Positions 1 through 14,644 are shown, numbered from the stretch's first letter. The stretch: 64,000 bases of DNA from Eledone cirrhosa (GCA_964016885.1 OZ024751.1:7688001-7752000), one strand, 5' to 3'. Notes: generated from the letters alone by a model not told the origin. A program made the numbers and translations.

Positions 1-333
1 AGGCCCTACATAGGGTTAACCGCCAATAGTTTCAAGCAGCGTCTTTACATGCATACCCATTCTTTTCGTTACCCTCTAAGAAGGAATATGACGTCACTTT
101 CAGCTTATATCTGGAGTCTAAAAGACAACCACACCCAATATAAGTTACACTGGGAGATCCTAGCTAGGGCTAGATCGTATTACGGAAATAAAAGACCATG
201 TGACCTCTGCGCCGCTGAGGCCCTGGAAATACTCTACGCCACAGACCACATCTTAAACAAAAAATCTGAGGCAATTTCGGCTTGTAAACATAAATTGCAC
301 AAAACTTTCCTGTATTACAGCCCTACGTTATAA
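1..333 (+). pseudogene. Penelope-like element GIY-YIG endonuclease C-terminal fragment (truncated by window start)
   Basis: Frame 1 from base 1 reads RPYIGLTANSFKQRLYMHTHSF...TSLSAYIWSLKD...WEILARA...CDLCAAEALEI...LNKKSEAISACKH. This is the YIG motif plus the Cys/His-type EN end, homologous to the EN at 35867-36300. Confidence 0.9.
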
Positions 334-1427
334 CCTAACGGATAGCACGATCTATACGTGGATATTACGTCTTGATGTGGGAGCTAAGTATATGTTTTGT
401 TTATTCCTTTACTTATTTGCATAGGTAAGTATATATTACCCGTATGTTTTGTGAAGGTATGTATACCTTCTCGTACGTATATTTCACTGTCTTGGCGTAT
501 CATTTTTACATATTCTGGTATTTAGGGCTTGGTTATGTGTATTTGGGAGTTTTGCGTCTGCGTGAGTATGCAGGTTCGTACGTATGGTGGGTGTGTGTAT
601 ATGTGTACTTCTTGTTTTAGTTGACTTACGTCTCCGAACCTTCTTGTATTTATTTGTAGGTATGTGTGTGCGCTTGTTATATACGTATTTATTTACTTAT
701 ATACGTTTATATAATTATTTATTTATTTGTATACAAGCATACACACATACACATATTTATATGTGCGTGGTTTTGTATACCTATGGTAAGGTTTTGCGTA
801 TGCTTGTGTATGTACGTATCTGTTTGCGTGTATGTATTTATTTGTTCCTATTACTTCTGTATTGTATTTATTTACTTTGTTCTTAACTCTGTAGCGGAGA
901 TTCATTCGGTCTCCTAGTTAGAATTTTAGTCTACGACTTCTGCTATACCATTTACGTGGTTTTGTCTTTGCACGCTATTGTTCTCCACGTTCCACATATG
1001 ACTTATTATCTTCGTTTTTTTCGTTCATTGCCAGAGAACGTCTCTTTGCACCACTTAGAGAACATTAGTCTACGACCTCTTTTATACCATAAACGTGGTT
1101 CTGTCCTTGCACGTTTTTGTTTTTCACCGCTCCTATTAATGACGTATTATTCGTTTTTCCCGTTCTTTGCCAGCGAACGTCACCATGAACCAAAGTATCG
1201 TCTTCCTGTCTTCCTCCGGTTGCAACGTTTTTTGAAATATCCAGTTCTGCGTTTACAGATTGACTTTGTTAGTTTCAGAAGATCCCGTTAAGGGTGGAAG
1301 CAGCGATTCTTTGCTTAAACTTTAATCTGTTATTTTAATAAATATTTGCTCTTCGGTTCTTATATATTTGATATATATTTTCCTTATCGAGCCCTCTCTG
1401 GATTTTAGTTTTCAATTTTATTATTAT

Positions 1428-1430
<3 letters not shown>
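334..1430 (+). mobile_element. Probable 3' UTR / pseudo-LTR of the Penelope-like element, ending at (TA)n
   Basis: T-rich noncoding region after the EN stop; contains an internal ~140-bp duplication (927-1060 vs 1067-1190) and abuts (TA)n at 1431. Confidence 0.5.
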
Positions 1431-1580
<150 letters not shown>

Positions 1581-1644
1581 CATTTTGAATTGATCGCATT
1601 CGACCTATTTTATGAATATGTCATATTTTACATATCTAATATTG

Positions 1645-1704
1645 TATTTTGTCTGAAGAAGGCTTACTATAACACAGTATCGCTAAAATATATATAACGA
1701 AATA
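1645..1704 (+). ncRNA. Degenerate type I hammerhead ribozyme motif (G12 to A)
   Basis: Stem I TATTTTGT/ACGAAATA (8 bp), CTGAAGA core at 1653, extended stem II, AAAA in place of GAAA, minimal stem III TATATA, then TA. Confidence 0.6.
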
Positions 1705-1769
1705 ACTCATGACTTTATAGTGATATCAATTCCATTTATTACTATTATTATTATTATTATTATTATTAT

Positions 1770-1837
1770 TACGGGGTCGATAAAATAAAGTACCAGTAAT
1801 GCACTGGATAATTGCTGGCCTTGTGCCAAATGTAGAA

Positions 1838-1838
<1 letters not shown>
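1770..1838 (+). mobile_element. 3' fragment of tRNA-derived SINE
   Basis: ACGGGGTCGATAAAATAAAGTACCAG...GGCCTTGTGCC matches the 3' half of the copy at 3308-3490. Confidence 0.75.
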
Positions 1839-1875
<37 letters not shown>

Positions 1876-2452
1876 AACTTCAATTTCACAAGGTAGATTT
1901 ATGGATAGACATGTATATACACATACATATACATACATGACATGCTGAAACACACAGGGACACAAATGCCGATGAAGTTTCCAGGACGCCGTAGTGGCAT
2001 TTGTCGTTTCATAAACATCTTTTAAACACAAACGATTCGTTCCACATGGTGAGAGACAGAGGGAGGAAGAAAAAGAGAGATTGTGTGTGAGAGAGAGTGA
2101 GAGTGATAGAGAGGAAGTGAGAAACATATTTAGAGGAAGAATCGACCACACTACTAGATTGTTCTGTTTTATGGACCGCCAAAGTTTGAGAGGCAAAGCT
2201 AGCCTCAGCTTGATGTGTATCAAGAGAAGGTAGAGCCGAAGTGGAAACTGCAACGCATTCTATCTAATGTTCTAATGACTCCTTCAATTCCATGACTTTT
2301 TTTAAGATTTGCTGAACGCACAAGCCGAAGCTGCATTGAGTAGTAACATGATAAGTGGTCTCCTCGATCTCAGCACCACAGTCTCTAAACACACAGATAC
2401 GCAGACACGCAGACGCACATACATGCATACATACATACACACATACATACAT

Positions 2453-2660
2453 AATGAGAAATCTGCTGATCCTCCACCTTGACTATACCTTCAAATTTAT
2501 GCCTGTGATTATTGGGGCAATGGGATATGATATGTTAGTAACTGCCTCAATACAAATCTTGAGAAGCTGGACTTCACAGAAACTGAAAGAACACGATTAG
2601 TTAGGAAATTACAAGTATAATCCATTAATGGAATAGTAAGAATATGCAAAACATAAAAAC
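2453..2660 (+). pseudogene. C-terminal fragment of an REL-endonuclease (R4-like) non-LTR element
   Basis: MRNLLILHLDYTFKFMPVIIGAMG is homologous to MRSLQIQYPRYTFSFIPIISDATG at 5015-5297 and to the PIVIGALG motif of the Dong copies. Confidence 0.6.
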
Positions 2661-3307
2661 AATTCTGCATCTAATAACTGCATATACACATGTACAGATA
2701 CAAAGCATATGCACATGCACACATACAACTCAAAATACACACATCAATATACAATAAAATCCATAACTGCACTCACATGCATGCATGCAAACATGCAGAC
2801 ATATCTACCTAGTTGATGTTGTGTAATTCTTGTAACTATGACTGAAACCAACACTCACTCTATTGGCAAAAATTTGTGAAATTGAAATACATTCATAGAT
2901 ACAGACATACATAGATATGTGCATACGTATGGTTATATAGTTCAACATTACCACGTGATTTAAGTTATGTTATTGGAAATCTGTCTAAGAACGACACACG
3001 GATATTTTCTGTCCACGTGCTCTCTCGAGATTATCTTAGAACAAAATACTACAATTTTTTGTAACAATCATGTTCCTACATTAAAGGTCTGCATATCTAC
3101 TATATCAAATGGTGTACATGTAAATTTTGCGAATCAAGTGGTATCATTGTATATGAAACATTTGTCAGCGTTTTATTTTCAGCACATCATAGGATTTAAA
3201 TGACTTTAATTTCAATGTAATTCTCAATTGATTACTTTGAGTCACTCTTTACATCCGGCACGTTATTATTAAAATACAATACAGGAATATTTTAGCAGTA
3301 TCAGTGA

Positions 3308-3490
3308 GGGCGGTGGATTGGCAATATCAGTAGAGAGTCGGAAGCCATGCTTTCAAGCATAGTTGCGTCCCTTTATGATCTGAGTTCAAATCCCGCCGAG
3401 GTTGACTTTGCCTTTCATCCTTACGGGGTCGATAAAAAAAAGTACCAGTAATGCACTGGATAATTGCTGGCCTTGTGCCTAAAGTAGAAA
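3308..3490 (+). mobile_element. tRNA-derived SINE (octopus-type family)
   Basis: GGCGGTGGATTGGCA head, B-box-like GAGTTCAAATCCC, body GCCGAGGTTGACTTTGCCTTTCATCC, tail GGCCTTGTGCCTAAAGTAGAAA; multicopy in this window. Confidence 0.85.
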
Positions 3491-3626
3491 TAATTATATA
3501 TTTAACAATCGAGACAGTGAATCTACTTAATAGAAAAATTGAGTGTAGGAGTGATCCATATCGTTCATTTGAAATAATTATTACCCGCATCAATACATAT
3601 CCATATTCATCTACTCAAGAAATAAT

Positions 3627-4188
3627 TGTTTCTACTGTTGGCACAAGGCCAGCAATTACCCATTATATTACTGGTAATTTATTTTCTCGACCCCGTAAGG
3701 ATAAAAGGCAAAGTGAACCTCGACGGGATTTGAACACATATAATGGGCCGTAACACTTTGCTGCAATGCATGACGTCAGAGTCTCTACCGATACTGCCAA
3801 TCCACACAATCGACCAGAAATAACTGTTTCTACTTTTGGCACATGGCCAGCTATTACTTCAGTGACTTACTGGTACTTTATTTTATCGACCCCGTAAGGA
3901 TGAAAGCCAAAGTTAACCTCGACGGGATTTGAACTCAGAATGACAAGGGTCGTAAGTCAATGCGTCAAAGCATGCATCCGACCCTCTACCGATACTGCCA
4001 ATCCCTAAATAATTGTTTCTACCTTTGGCACAACGCCATCAATTACCCAGTGCATTATTGGTACTTTATTTATCGACCCCGTAAGGATGAAAGTCAAAGT
4101 CAACCTCGGCGGGATTTGAACTCAGATCGTTAAGGGACGTAACTATGCTGAAAAGCAGGGCGTCACACCCTCTATCGATACTGCCAAT
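3627..4188 (-). mobile_element. Three head-to-tail SINE copies (~3627-3805, ~3824-4005, ~4012-4188)
   Basis: Each unit is the reverse complement of the 3308-3490 SINE (GTTTCTAC...GGATTTGAAC...GATACTGCCAAT). Confidence 0.85.
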
Positions 4189-5014
4189 GGTATGCTATAT
4201 TGTAATTGGATATTTCTTGATTTTCACAACCAGGCATTTATACTTACACAACATATAGGCGCCTACGACAATTGTATAGAATGAATATGTAGAGTTGTAC
4301 GAAATTTAGTACAAAAATTAATATAATTTAACTTTTGCTTTTGTACATCAATACTCATCTTTTTCCATTTCTGAAAGGCTTCTAAACCACACTATCTGGC
4401 TAGAATTTGTTTAGTAAAAAATACGGCGAAAGTTTCTATTTCTATTTTCAAACTCGCTAGCTGTTACAAAACATACTTATTTCCTTTTAATTTTTGGAGA
4501 GAGAAAGAGATTTATAATCGTCATGTTGTATTAATTTTCAAAGAATTATCTCCTATTTTCTTTTAGAGAGTCTAACATTAGTTAGTAGGTTCTGTTATCA
4601 TTCTTCAGCAATAACCTATGTTTTAATTTTAGAATTGTTTAACTAACGACATTCTAACATTTCTCTACATAACTATTCATTTACATGGATTGGTTTAAAT
4701 TAGTTTTTCTCGCTGATTATACGTTCTATAATTTTAACTGTTTCCTTCTTATCACGAATCTGAAATTTACTAAAAATAAAAAAAAACGAAAAATGTGAAA
4801 ATTATTTGTTTGGAGGATAATGTTATTCTAAACAGCTGTGAGTAACATGCGGTGTACGAAAACGATATCAAACAATTGTATCAAATACGCTCACACATGT
4901 ATGTATGTATGTATGTATGTATGTGTGTATGTTATCTCTTTCTATTAATTTCGAGTATATATTTTTTTTACCGACCACCTTCCTGGTGGCAAGGTTGTAA
5001 AAGAAATGAAATTG

Positions 5015-5297
5015 TCATCCCTTGAATCGCAAGAATGTTTTGTAAATTTTGATGGTGACAGCTATCGCAACCATTTGTAGACTATGAATTAGGGGGCTGC
5101 GCTCTTTATCCCCAAATCCAAGTTCAGTCATACTTTGGTCCAAGCGGGTTGGTATATAACCCGTAGCATCACTAATGATGGGTATGAAGCTAAAGGTGTA
5201 TCTTGGATACTGGATTTGTAAACTCCTCATCAATGGTCCGTAGATGTCCTCTTTCTCCTGTATTTTTCTGACAAGGTTTACATCAAGTGGGCAGCTG
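5015..5297 (-). pseudogene. C-terminal fragment of an REL-endonuclease (R4-like) non-LTR element abutting (TACA)n
   Basis: ISCPLDVNLVRKIQEKEDIYGPL...FIPII...TGY; the upstream part of the ORF is microsatellite-derived. Confidence 0.65.
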
Positions 5298-5328
<31 letters not shown>

Positions 5329-5690
5329 TGTATGTATGTATGTATGTATGTATGTATGTATGTATGTATGTATGTATGTATGTGTGCGTGCGTGTGTGTG
5401 TATGTGTGAGTGTGTTTGTATGTATGTGTTCGTATGTATGTGTGTATTTTTGTATATACTTGTAAGTACGCATGTATGTACGTACGCATGCATGTATGAA
5501 TGTACATATGTATGTACATACGTATGTATGTGCGTACATATGTGTGTACGTATGCATGTACGTACGTATCTCTGTAGGTATGTACCTACGCATATATGTA
5601 TGTATGTACGTATGTATGTATATATGTACGTATGTATGTATATATGTACGTACGTATGTACGTATATGCGTACCTATGCACACATGTATA
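5298..5690. repeat. (TATG)n and degenerate TATG/TACG tetranucleotide tract
   Basis: Directly visible. Confidence 0.9.
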
Positions 5691-7644
5691 GCTGTGTTTA
5701 TATAATAAGTATGTGTAATTAATAGAAATAAGCATCGTATAAACAGTACCTGGAAAATAATAGAAGATTGCTATCAATTTCCAATTATATAGCATTTGTG
5801 AGGATTTATTTTCTTGAATAATATATAACATTGAAACAAAATCTATTACTCAGCATAAGGAATCTCAACAAATGCTGCATAACTGATAAGTTGATCAACA
5901 CCATCTATCATTTGCCATATATATTTAGTTTGATACTTCTGTTTTGTATTTAACATACAATTATTTCTTACCATTGCCCATACTGACGTATTTTGTGGAG
6001 GAAAAAAATTGTTAACGCAACAGATTTCATTAAATAAGATATATATATATATTAGAACATAGGAGGAAGTTTCGTTTACATGTATTAGATTTTTATTGCG
6101 TGTATATATTTATATCATGTGTGTTAATACACATAACATTAATTTGAATATATTTACATGTGTAGATTTGAATTAATTTATTGTTGATGAGAATCGCTAA
6201 ATAACAATTGGAATTCACACATTTTATGTAATTAATGAAATTAGTTTATATATATGTTTAGATCTACACCAATTAATGCATGATTGTTTATGTGTGTAAC
6301 AGTTTATCTGTATATAGGAGTGAATGTTTCAATGGATAAATACATATCATCCCCGAAGACACAGAAGTTATATGTATAGAAATACAATTCAAAGTACCAT
6401 AAAAGAATATGTTTGGAGAATATAAGGAGGCATTATGATTAATTTTCTTAATACTCTATCTGGTAGCATAAATGAATGAATGACTTTAAAGAATATATGT
6501 GATTCTCAGTAAAAATATCCCATATAATATTTAGTTTTCATTATCTATATGAAAGGTATTCGTTTAAATATGAAAATAGATTTAACATATAATTCTATTT
6601 CTCAAATGTTCACTGGCGGCCACTGAACACAACTATCTCTTTACACATGTATTATGAGATCAAATAAATATATAATATGCTTTGAGTGCTTCGTGTTGCA
6701 TTTGTAATTGGAATTAAATATCTTGGAAGCAACAGTGTGAAATAAAGCTTTGTTTCCTTTGTGTTTATATTATACAGCTTCAATTATATTCATACTGATA
6801 ACAAATTCAAAATTAAAACAAAGCAAGTCTATCCTAAGAAACAAAATACACAGAGCTGAAAGGAATGAAATAAATACGGAAATATTAAAAATAATTCAAC
6901 AAACACAAATTTATTAATGAGAGAGGAAAGATATATATATATATATTTCCATGTTGTTTATAATGAATATGAAAGAAATTAATTAATTATATTCTGCAAC
7001 AGATATATTAATGGAATAGTGTGTCATCTATAGAATATTCATTTTTAATATTGGCACAAAACCAGGCAAATTACAAACAATGTTAGAATCAATGAATCGA
7101 CTTCTTTCGAATAATAAAAATAACAATACTTATTTAGTGACACATTTCTTATCTCAAACACAGAAAAGAAAATATTCTCGGCAAAAATTTGAACACAAAA
7201 TGTACTTCGATATAAATATATATATATGCATTTAATATAATCACACACAAGCACAGACACACACAGAGAGACACACACATACACAAATACACACACATAT
7301 AATACATATATATATAGGTTACTCAGTAAATTTTTGAAATATATGTAACGGTCAATATACGATAAAAAGTAAAATATAGTTATATTATAGTATAGTATAT
7401 ATATATATATATGGTATGTATATATATATATGTACGTGTATGTGCGTGCGTGCTTATATGTTTGTACCTATGTATATAACCCCATTCAATACAAGATTTG
7501 ATCTATACATTATATTAACAATATAGCAAGTAAAACAAGCTGTGTTCGAAAGAATGAAATACTAATTGACATATTCCGAGTACAGACTGATAGCTTAGAA
7601 TGACGATAGATAGTTTAGAAAAATATATGAGAGAAAAGAGGATC

Positions 7645-7872
<228 letters not shown>

Positions 7873-8227
7873 GCACGAAAAGATGGCTGAATGATAGTGG
7901 GCGTGAACGATGGGGCGCGAGTATTACTTGGAGAGACAGAGAAGTAACATAATGTTCTAAATAGCCGCGAACAAGCAGCTTGTTTTCTGTTCTTTTGTTT
8001 TTCGGTTTTGATTGTTTTAATGCTGTCAATATTTACTCGAATTTGTCGTACATTTCCGTAATTACTCCACCCTAGTATTCTCGACGCAACTAAATTGTTA
8101 GACCAGACATTGAGTAGCCAACGCATGGAAATCAATGTAGAAATGCCGCAAGTGGCAACTAAACCACACAGACATATATAAACGCTCACCATACACATGC
8201 GCACACCCACAAAAAACACATAGGCAC

Positions 8228-8271
<44 letters not shown>

Positions 8272-8535
8272 AATAAATCCCCCATATATACTTAAGTGTG
8301 TATTTGTAACGATACATGTTTATATGTAATTCTGCTTTTACGCTTGTCTGTGTGCTTGTATTTGTATACAAGTTAAAAAAAGGATAGTTTTGCGAAGTAA
8401 AATACAAAACACAAAAAAACTGGTGCTGCCGCCATTTTGTCTGGAATTACATCAAATTAACATTCATTTTAGTCCTGTCTTCTACTTCTTAGCATGTTTA
8501 ATCCAATCATCCCGTATGGCTTCATCTACTATGAG

Positions 8536-8536
<1 letters not shown>

Positions 8537-8587
<51 letters not shown>

Positions 8588-8649
8588 ATATATATATATA
8601 TGTATGTATATATATATTTATATATATGTTAAATAATGATTTATATATG

Positions 8650-8694
<45 letters not shown>

Positions 8695-8779
8695 ATATAT
8701 ATTTATATATATTTAAATAATGATATATATATGTATATATATATATGTATATTTATAAATAATGATATATCATTGTATG

Positions 8780-8812
<33 letters not shown>

Positions 8813-8848
8813 ATATATATTTATATATATGTAAATAATGATATATAT

Positions 8849-8888
<40 letters not shown>

Positions 8889-8995
8889 GTATATATATGT
8901 ATATTTATAAATATATATATATATATGTATATATATAAGAACATCTATGTATATTTATATGTATATATATGTATATATATGATTATATATATGTT
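8537..8995. repeat. Interrupted (TA)n tract with recurring TAAATAATGAT units
   Basis: (TA)n blocks punctuated four times by TAAATAATGAT (~8630, 8714, 8756, 8832). Confidence 0.8.
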
Positions 8996-9029
8996 GAAAA
9001 TTGCAAACTTGACTGTCACCACATAATAT

Positions 9030-9066
9030 GAACCTGAAGATTGCGAAAAGCATGAAGTACTTGTTC
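9030..9066 (+). ncRNA. Degenerate hammerhead-like motif
   Basis: GAAC/GTTC stem I, CTGAAGA, TGC-gaaaa-GCA stem II, then GAAGTACTT (palindromic, lacks one A of GAAA). Confidence 0.35.
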
Positions 9067-9228
9067 AATTAACACTTAACTGTTAATATTCTACCATACT
9101 ATTTCATTCTAATACCATTATAAATTTTAATGTATTGTAAATAAAACGAGTAAATCGGACAAAGTTGGAATTCCTTTTATTAACATAATCTTCTATACAC
9201 AATCATACACCCCCGTGTATATTTCTCT

Positions 9229-9266
<38 letters not shown>

Positions 9267-9276
9267 CTCTCTTTAT

Positions 9277-9309
<33 letters not shown>

Positions 9310-9319
9310 GTATATGATA

Positions 9320-9360
<41 letters not shown>

Positions 9361-11662
9361 TATATATGCGTAGTATGGTGTGTGTGTGTATGTGTGTAAA
9401 TAATTATATGTATATGTGTATGTATGTTTGTATGTTTGTATACGTCTACATACACACACACTGATGTATATATATAGAAAACCAGTCTGGATGTTAGAGG
9501 TTCTGTGTGTATGTGTGTTTATAGGTATGTATTTATGTTTACACGATATTAATGTGTTTAGTGTATTTTTACTGCATAAATATTCATTTAATGAAATTCT
9601 TCACACATGTAGGGTAAACATTAGTTGCTGCCGTGCATCTTGCATCACACGTGTCCTAACAAGTGCAATCGCTGGAAGCTAATGTTATTAATAATATTAG
9701 ATTTTACTTCGTTGTTTGGGCTTCTTCAATTAGATTTCCATTTTTATAGCTATATAATTATTGGCACCAGAGATCCTATTTTTCTGTATCTTGCTGAATC
9801 TATACGATGTAGCTGTACCAAGCTCATATGCTACCCACCGTTGTGTGTATTGTGTATTCTGTTCAACAATAAAACACAATGGAAGAAAGGTTGTGTTCTA
9901 TATAATATCCATTATACTGCAAATAATGGAACAAACTCTTGAAGTGGTAGTTTCCAAAATAACTACAATAGAGCATTAACCCATTTTTTCAATTAAACAT
10001 ATTTACCCAATTCAACTATCAAATTATTTATCTAAATTTACATTGCATAATACGTTATTAATAACATTTTAAAATCATAATCGTCTTAATTATTCGACGA
10101 ATCTCATTGTTAGAAGTTGTAAGGGGTGGGAAAGCCGATTAAATCGCCCCCAGTGCATTACTTGTATTTAATTTATCGTTCCCTTCATTACTAAACGGTC
10201 GATAAAATAAACTACTACCAGTAATGCACTAGGAAAAGTTTAATTACCCCCCCCCCCCCTCCAGCAAATCGCTGGTATTACTAAAGTAAAATAATTATTG
10301 TAGATGACAGTGACTCCTCAGACAATATATTCCTTATGTTGCACACTAAACTATTCCAGAAAAGAACGAAATCAATACCTCATGTCAATTATTATCTTCA
10401 TGATACAATCGCATTAAATTGAGAGGAATTTACAAAGTTAAAAACGGACAAAATGGAGACAAAAATATTGAATGTCTCCATACACTGAAATAGATTTCCA
10501 AAATGTGTGGCTTTTTCTTCATATCGAGAAACTGGATTCCTCAATATGTTTTTTTAATGATATAGTCTTTTTTTTTTCACAATTTGCTGCTATGAAAAGT
10601 TTTTAAACTCTCTGCACTCTTGGTGTAAGCCTTTCTTCGCTTCAAATTTCACAACCAATGGAAACTTCAAATGCAACTCCATGAAACATTCGTGCATCAA
10701 ATACTTATCTCTGCTGCTTTTAAAATAAATTGATATTAGATGGTCTATTCTTCATGAAAAAAAAAATACAAATAAGTGGTGATTAAAATCAATGGTCGGT
10801 TTTCGTTTTCGTGTTTTGGTTGGTGATTCTACATTATTTTAACTTGTATTAATTTCTATTATCTTTCATCCTGAAAAGTTTGTTTTCCATCGGAATTTGT
10901 ATCTAAAGAAGAGAATTATCGAAATGCATCTGTAATCCTGCTTTTCTTTACTTTTAGCAACATCTTACTAAACCCCACCAAAAACACTTTGCCTGATTCG
11001 TTGACCGATTTTATAGCGATATTAAGGAAGAAATGTATGTGCCTTATCATGTAAAATTGCAAATAGCACACATGTTCAATTCATGCTTCTCTGAGTTTCT
11101 GTAAAATGAATAAAAACTAATTACAAGCCACAGACCAATTCAAACAATACAGTACCTGATATATCATAGCAATTCCTCTCATTATATTTGACACATATCT
11201 TTGTAAATCAGGATTCATTCTAGTTTTATATTTTAAATAAATTTCCCTCTTCCATCATATATGACGTATGATTTCAATTATCTAAACTCTTTTACGGATG
11301 AATTTTCCTTTCAGATATGAACATTGATTGGAGTTAATTATTGTCGGAAATTGTATGTTTCACTTCATACTTTTTCTTTAAATTAGTAGATTATTTTTGA
11401 CATTCAAACGAATAGATGGAATGAATATATATAATTGTACTATACTGCATATGTACACCATCGTCAGCAACATAGTTTTGTTTATTTATTTAAGAACATC
11501 TTTATTTAGTCTGTTTATTTTCTCAAGAACACACATCAAACAAAACACTATACACACACGCAAACGCATGCGCAGAGAAGACAAAAAATAAATAAATAAA
11601 TAAATAAATAAACAGACAAAATAAAGATGGCGTAAGCATACAATGCAACGGAAGGAAACATA

Positions 11663-11716
11663 ATAGCACCACTGACGATGTTGCAGATGTGCAACGAAAG
11701 AACTTTGATAGACTAT
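11663..11716 (+). ncRNA. Candidate type I hammerhead ribozyme
   Basis: CTGACGA at 11672, one extra T, perfect stem II GTTGCA-gatg-TGCAAC, GAAA at 11696, minimal stem III, imperfect stem I. Confidence 0.55.
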
Positions 11717-11946
11717 ATATATGTGTTTGTGTCTATATTATATCTGTATTATGGACAGTTGGTCAGTCAATGGCAACATTGAGGACCGAATAAATTAAAT
11801 TAACCGATAAAAAAGACAGAAGCGAAAACCAACCAAACAGTGAGTGTGTTCTGTTATTAATTCTGGCAATATTATTACACAAATATGACCCTCCCCAAGT
11901 ATAACAATATTTGTTTCGACAAACGATTTCATATCAAGAACCTCGC

Positions 11947-11986
<40 letters not shown>

Positions 11987-12130
11987 TATACGTATAAGCA
12001 AGTGTGTAGGTGGAAAAATAATATTTTAACCCATAATTACTTCCGCTCCTATGTTTCAAGGCAGTTGTGCATTCAATTATATATTATGGAATGCTGTTGG
12101 CTTTTCGCTGCAGTGTTTTCTATATATTTC

Positions 12131-12207
<77 letters not shown>

Positions 12208-12796
12208 CGTGTGTGTGTGTGTGAGAAAAATTAAGGATAGTTCTGAACAATTTAATTTTATAATATTATAACTTCACAATTTGGTTTTTTAGATCTTTTA
12301 ATTATTTTGTTAATTTCGGCGGGGAGATTTTAAAAATATTCCTGGGTAACTTCCCTGATATGGTAAAAGCAAGATAATTATCTTGCTTTTACCATTCACG
12401 AGTTTCTTTAAGCTCTTGTGTGTATACATATATAAGCTTTAATTCTTTTAAATCTTCATCACCACTCCTTCACTCCCACTCCAGTCACACCCAAATCTCT
12501 TATATATAGAGTCACATGTCACAACACAACCTGAGACCAGTTCGACAAACACCATCAATAAATGCAAGAAAGTTCTCCAGAATAGTTAACCAGGAATCTT
12601 TAAACATTCTCCCCCACCGAAGTTAGCAAATAACTAACTATATCTACAAAACCAAGTTGCAAAATTATGATATTATAAAATTATATTATTTAGAACTACA
12701 AGTGAAGTCATTCTTTTCATTTTTTCAAATATACCTAACTGTACGAAGGATTTCACACACTTTACTAAAAGTACAGTATTCAGAGTTTGAACGGGA

Positions 12797-13448
12797 TTAG
12801 AGAGCTAATAGGTCACAGAGGTAATACCGCTGTTGGCTACAAAGGGTTTTTCTATAAAAATGAAAGGCACATTTGAATGATGCTTGGGTATGAACGGCAA
12901 TATTACATGGTAGTGAAAGCTGGACGTTGTGTGCAGAAGACTTGTGTAGATTAGAAAGAAACGAGGCTTGCATGCTCCGATGGAAGTGTAATATTAATGT
13001 ACGCGAACGGCAAAGCTTAAACAAATTGACAGAGAGACTAAGACAATGGGACTGGATCGAGATCTTTGTCACTATTCAGTTATACAGAAGATCCCCCTTC
13101 CCTTACATACAAAATGAAACCTACAGTTAATAGGCAACCATAACCCAATATACACCCCAGTCCGACATCCCCTACTCTATCCTCACATCTTCCTTTACTG
13201 TGTTCGTGTAGGTGACACGACAAAAAGCACCCAGTCCACATTATAAAGTAGTCGTGTTGGAGACAAGGTAAAAAGGCTTCCGGTCAACAGTGTAAATGTG
13301 GTTTGTATTAGGAAGGGCATCGAGGCGTAGAAAACTTGCAGGAACAGTTCTGTACAAGCAAGTCACGTTCTCTCGACCAATCTCGCGTCAAGTGGGACGA
13401 AACTGTCCAGCCCATGCTAGCGTGGAAGAAGGACGTGATGATGATGAT
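12797..13448 (+). mobile_element. RTE-clade LINE remnant and RTE-type 3' tail
   Basis: RLERNEACMLRWKCNINVRERQ resembles an RTE C-terminus; 13200-13448 carries TTAGGAAGGGCATC...CCCATGCTAGCGTGGAA and ends in (GAT)n. Confidence 0.6.
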
Positions 13449-14644
13449 ATATATATATATATATATATTGATAGATAGATACTTGCGTGAGTGAGTTTGT
13501 ATACAGACGTGTGCGTGTGTGTACATCAGGTAATGCAGGACAATGCAGAAAGTTCTACATATCCGAATATAAGTAATTGAAACTTAAAATTCTTCACTTA
13601 ATAAAAGCCACATCTCTTGATGTACTTCAGATTTGTAACGCTAATATGAAAATATAAGCTTTGAATAATAACATAATTGCTCACAATAAAAATAATCACA
13701 AACACATATTTATGCAGATGAATGCATTTCACATGTAAATATATTGCACGTACATGTTATATAGTCAATCCAATCCTGCATGTAAATAACTCTGAACATT
13801 TTATAACACAAAAACATATCTATATAAATATATGTGTAGATTTACTTACACATAAGTACGTATATATGCACATATTGATAAATGTTAAAATCCTCATGTG
13901 TTTGTATATATATGTGAGTGTGTGTGTGTATGTGTATGTGTGTGTGTATGTGTGTGTGTATGTGTGTGTCTATGTATGTGTGTGTGTGTACGTATCAATA
14001 TGAGGAGACAGGACAGTACTGTACATACTTATATATACTCTTATTCGGGAAGGTCCAGATTTTGTTTTTTATATCACCTAATTTTGTGTTTGTTTTGTAG
14101 TATTGACAATCAGATTAGATATTCATACTTATATTTTTTCTCTCATTATTGAATACTCAGCAATTTCAGTTATTCCCTTTTTCTATATATTTGCTGCTTG
14201 ACTATCGAGAGTTAACGACCCCAGTGGAAACACCAAGGAAATTAAATCTATTATATAAACCCATCTCTAAGGAAAACGAAAAAAAAAAATGCTAAATTAA
14301 AATTTAGAGTCAACATATAAAACATCCAACACCGCAGCAGCCAACAACAAAAATCTATCCAATTATTACAACATAAACAGTACAACAGAGAAAAACAATA
14401 ACAACAACAAACTGTTAAAACATACCAATGATGTTATAAAAAACTATATAACACACACACCAGCAACAGACAACAGAAACATAGCAAATATTACAAAACA
14501 AGCAGTATAAGACATACAACATCAGGAACAACAACATACGAAATATTATAACAGAAGTATAACATAATAATAACAGCATAACAATAGCTAAAACATAACA
14601 AAGATTAAAACAAGAGCAGTAGAACACACACGATAATGGTTTCT

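Noticed and set aside
1270-1315. Hammerhead in the first PLE's 3' region (CAGAAGA-TCCC/GGGT-GGAA)
   Set aside because: Both core segments are mutated and there is no convincing stem I or III.
3308-3400. tRNA gene
   Set aside because: Only Pol III box-like remnants in a multicopy SINE head; no cloverleaf.
8428-8439. YY1-like site GCCGCCATTTTG as a promoter marker
   Set aside because: Single short motif without supporting gene structure.
10310-10870. Old DNA transposase remnant
   Set aside because: No diagnostic motif or TIR pair could be read with confidence.
11880-11950. Structured RNA in the repeat shared with 59255-59335
   Set aside because: Homology is visible but no ribozyme core or stable fold could be supported.
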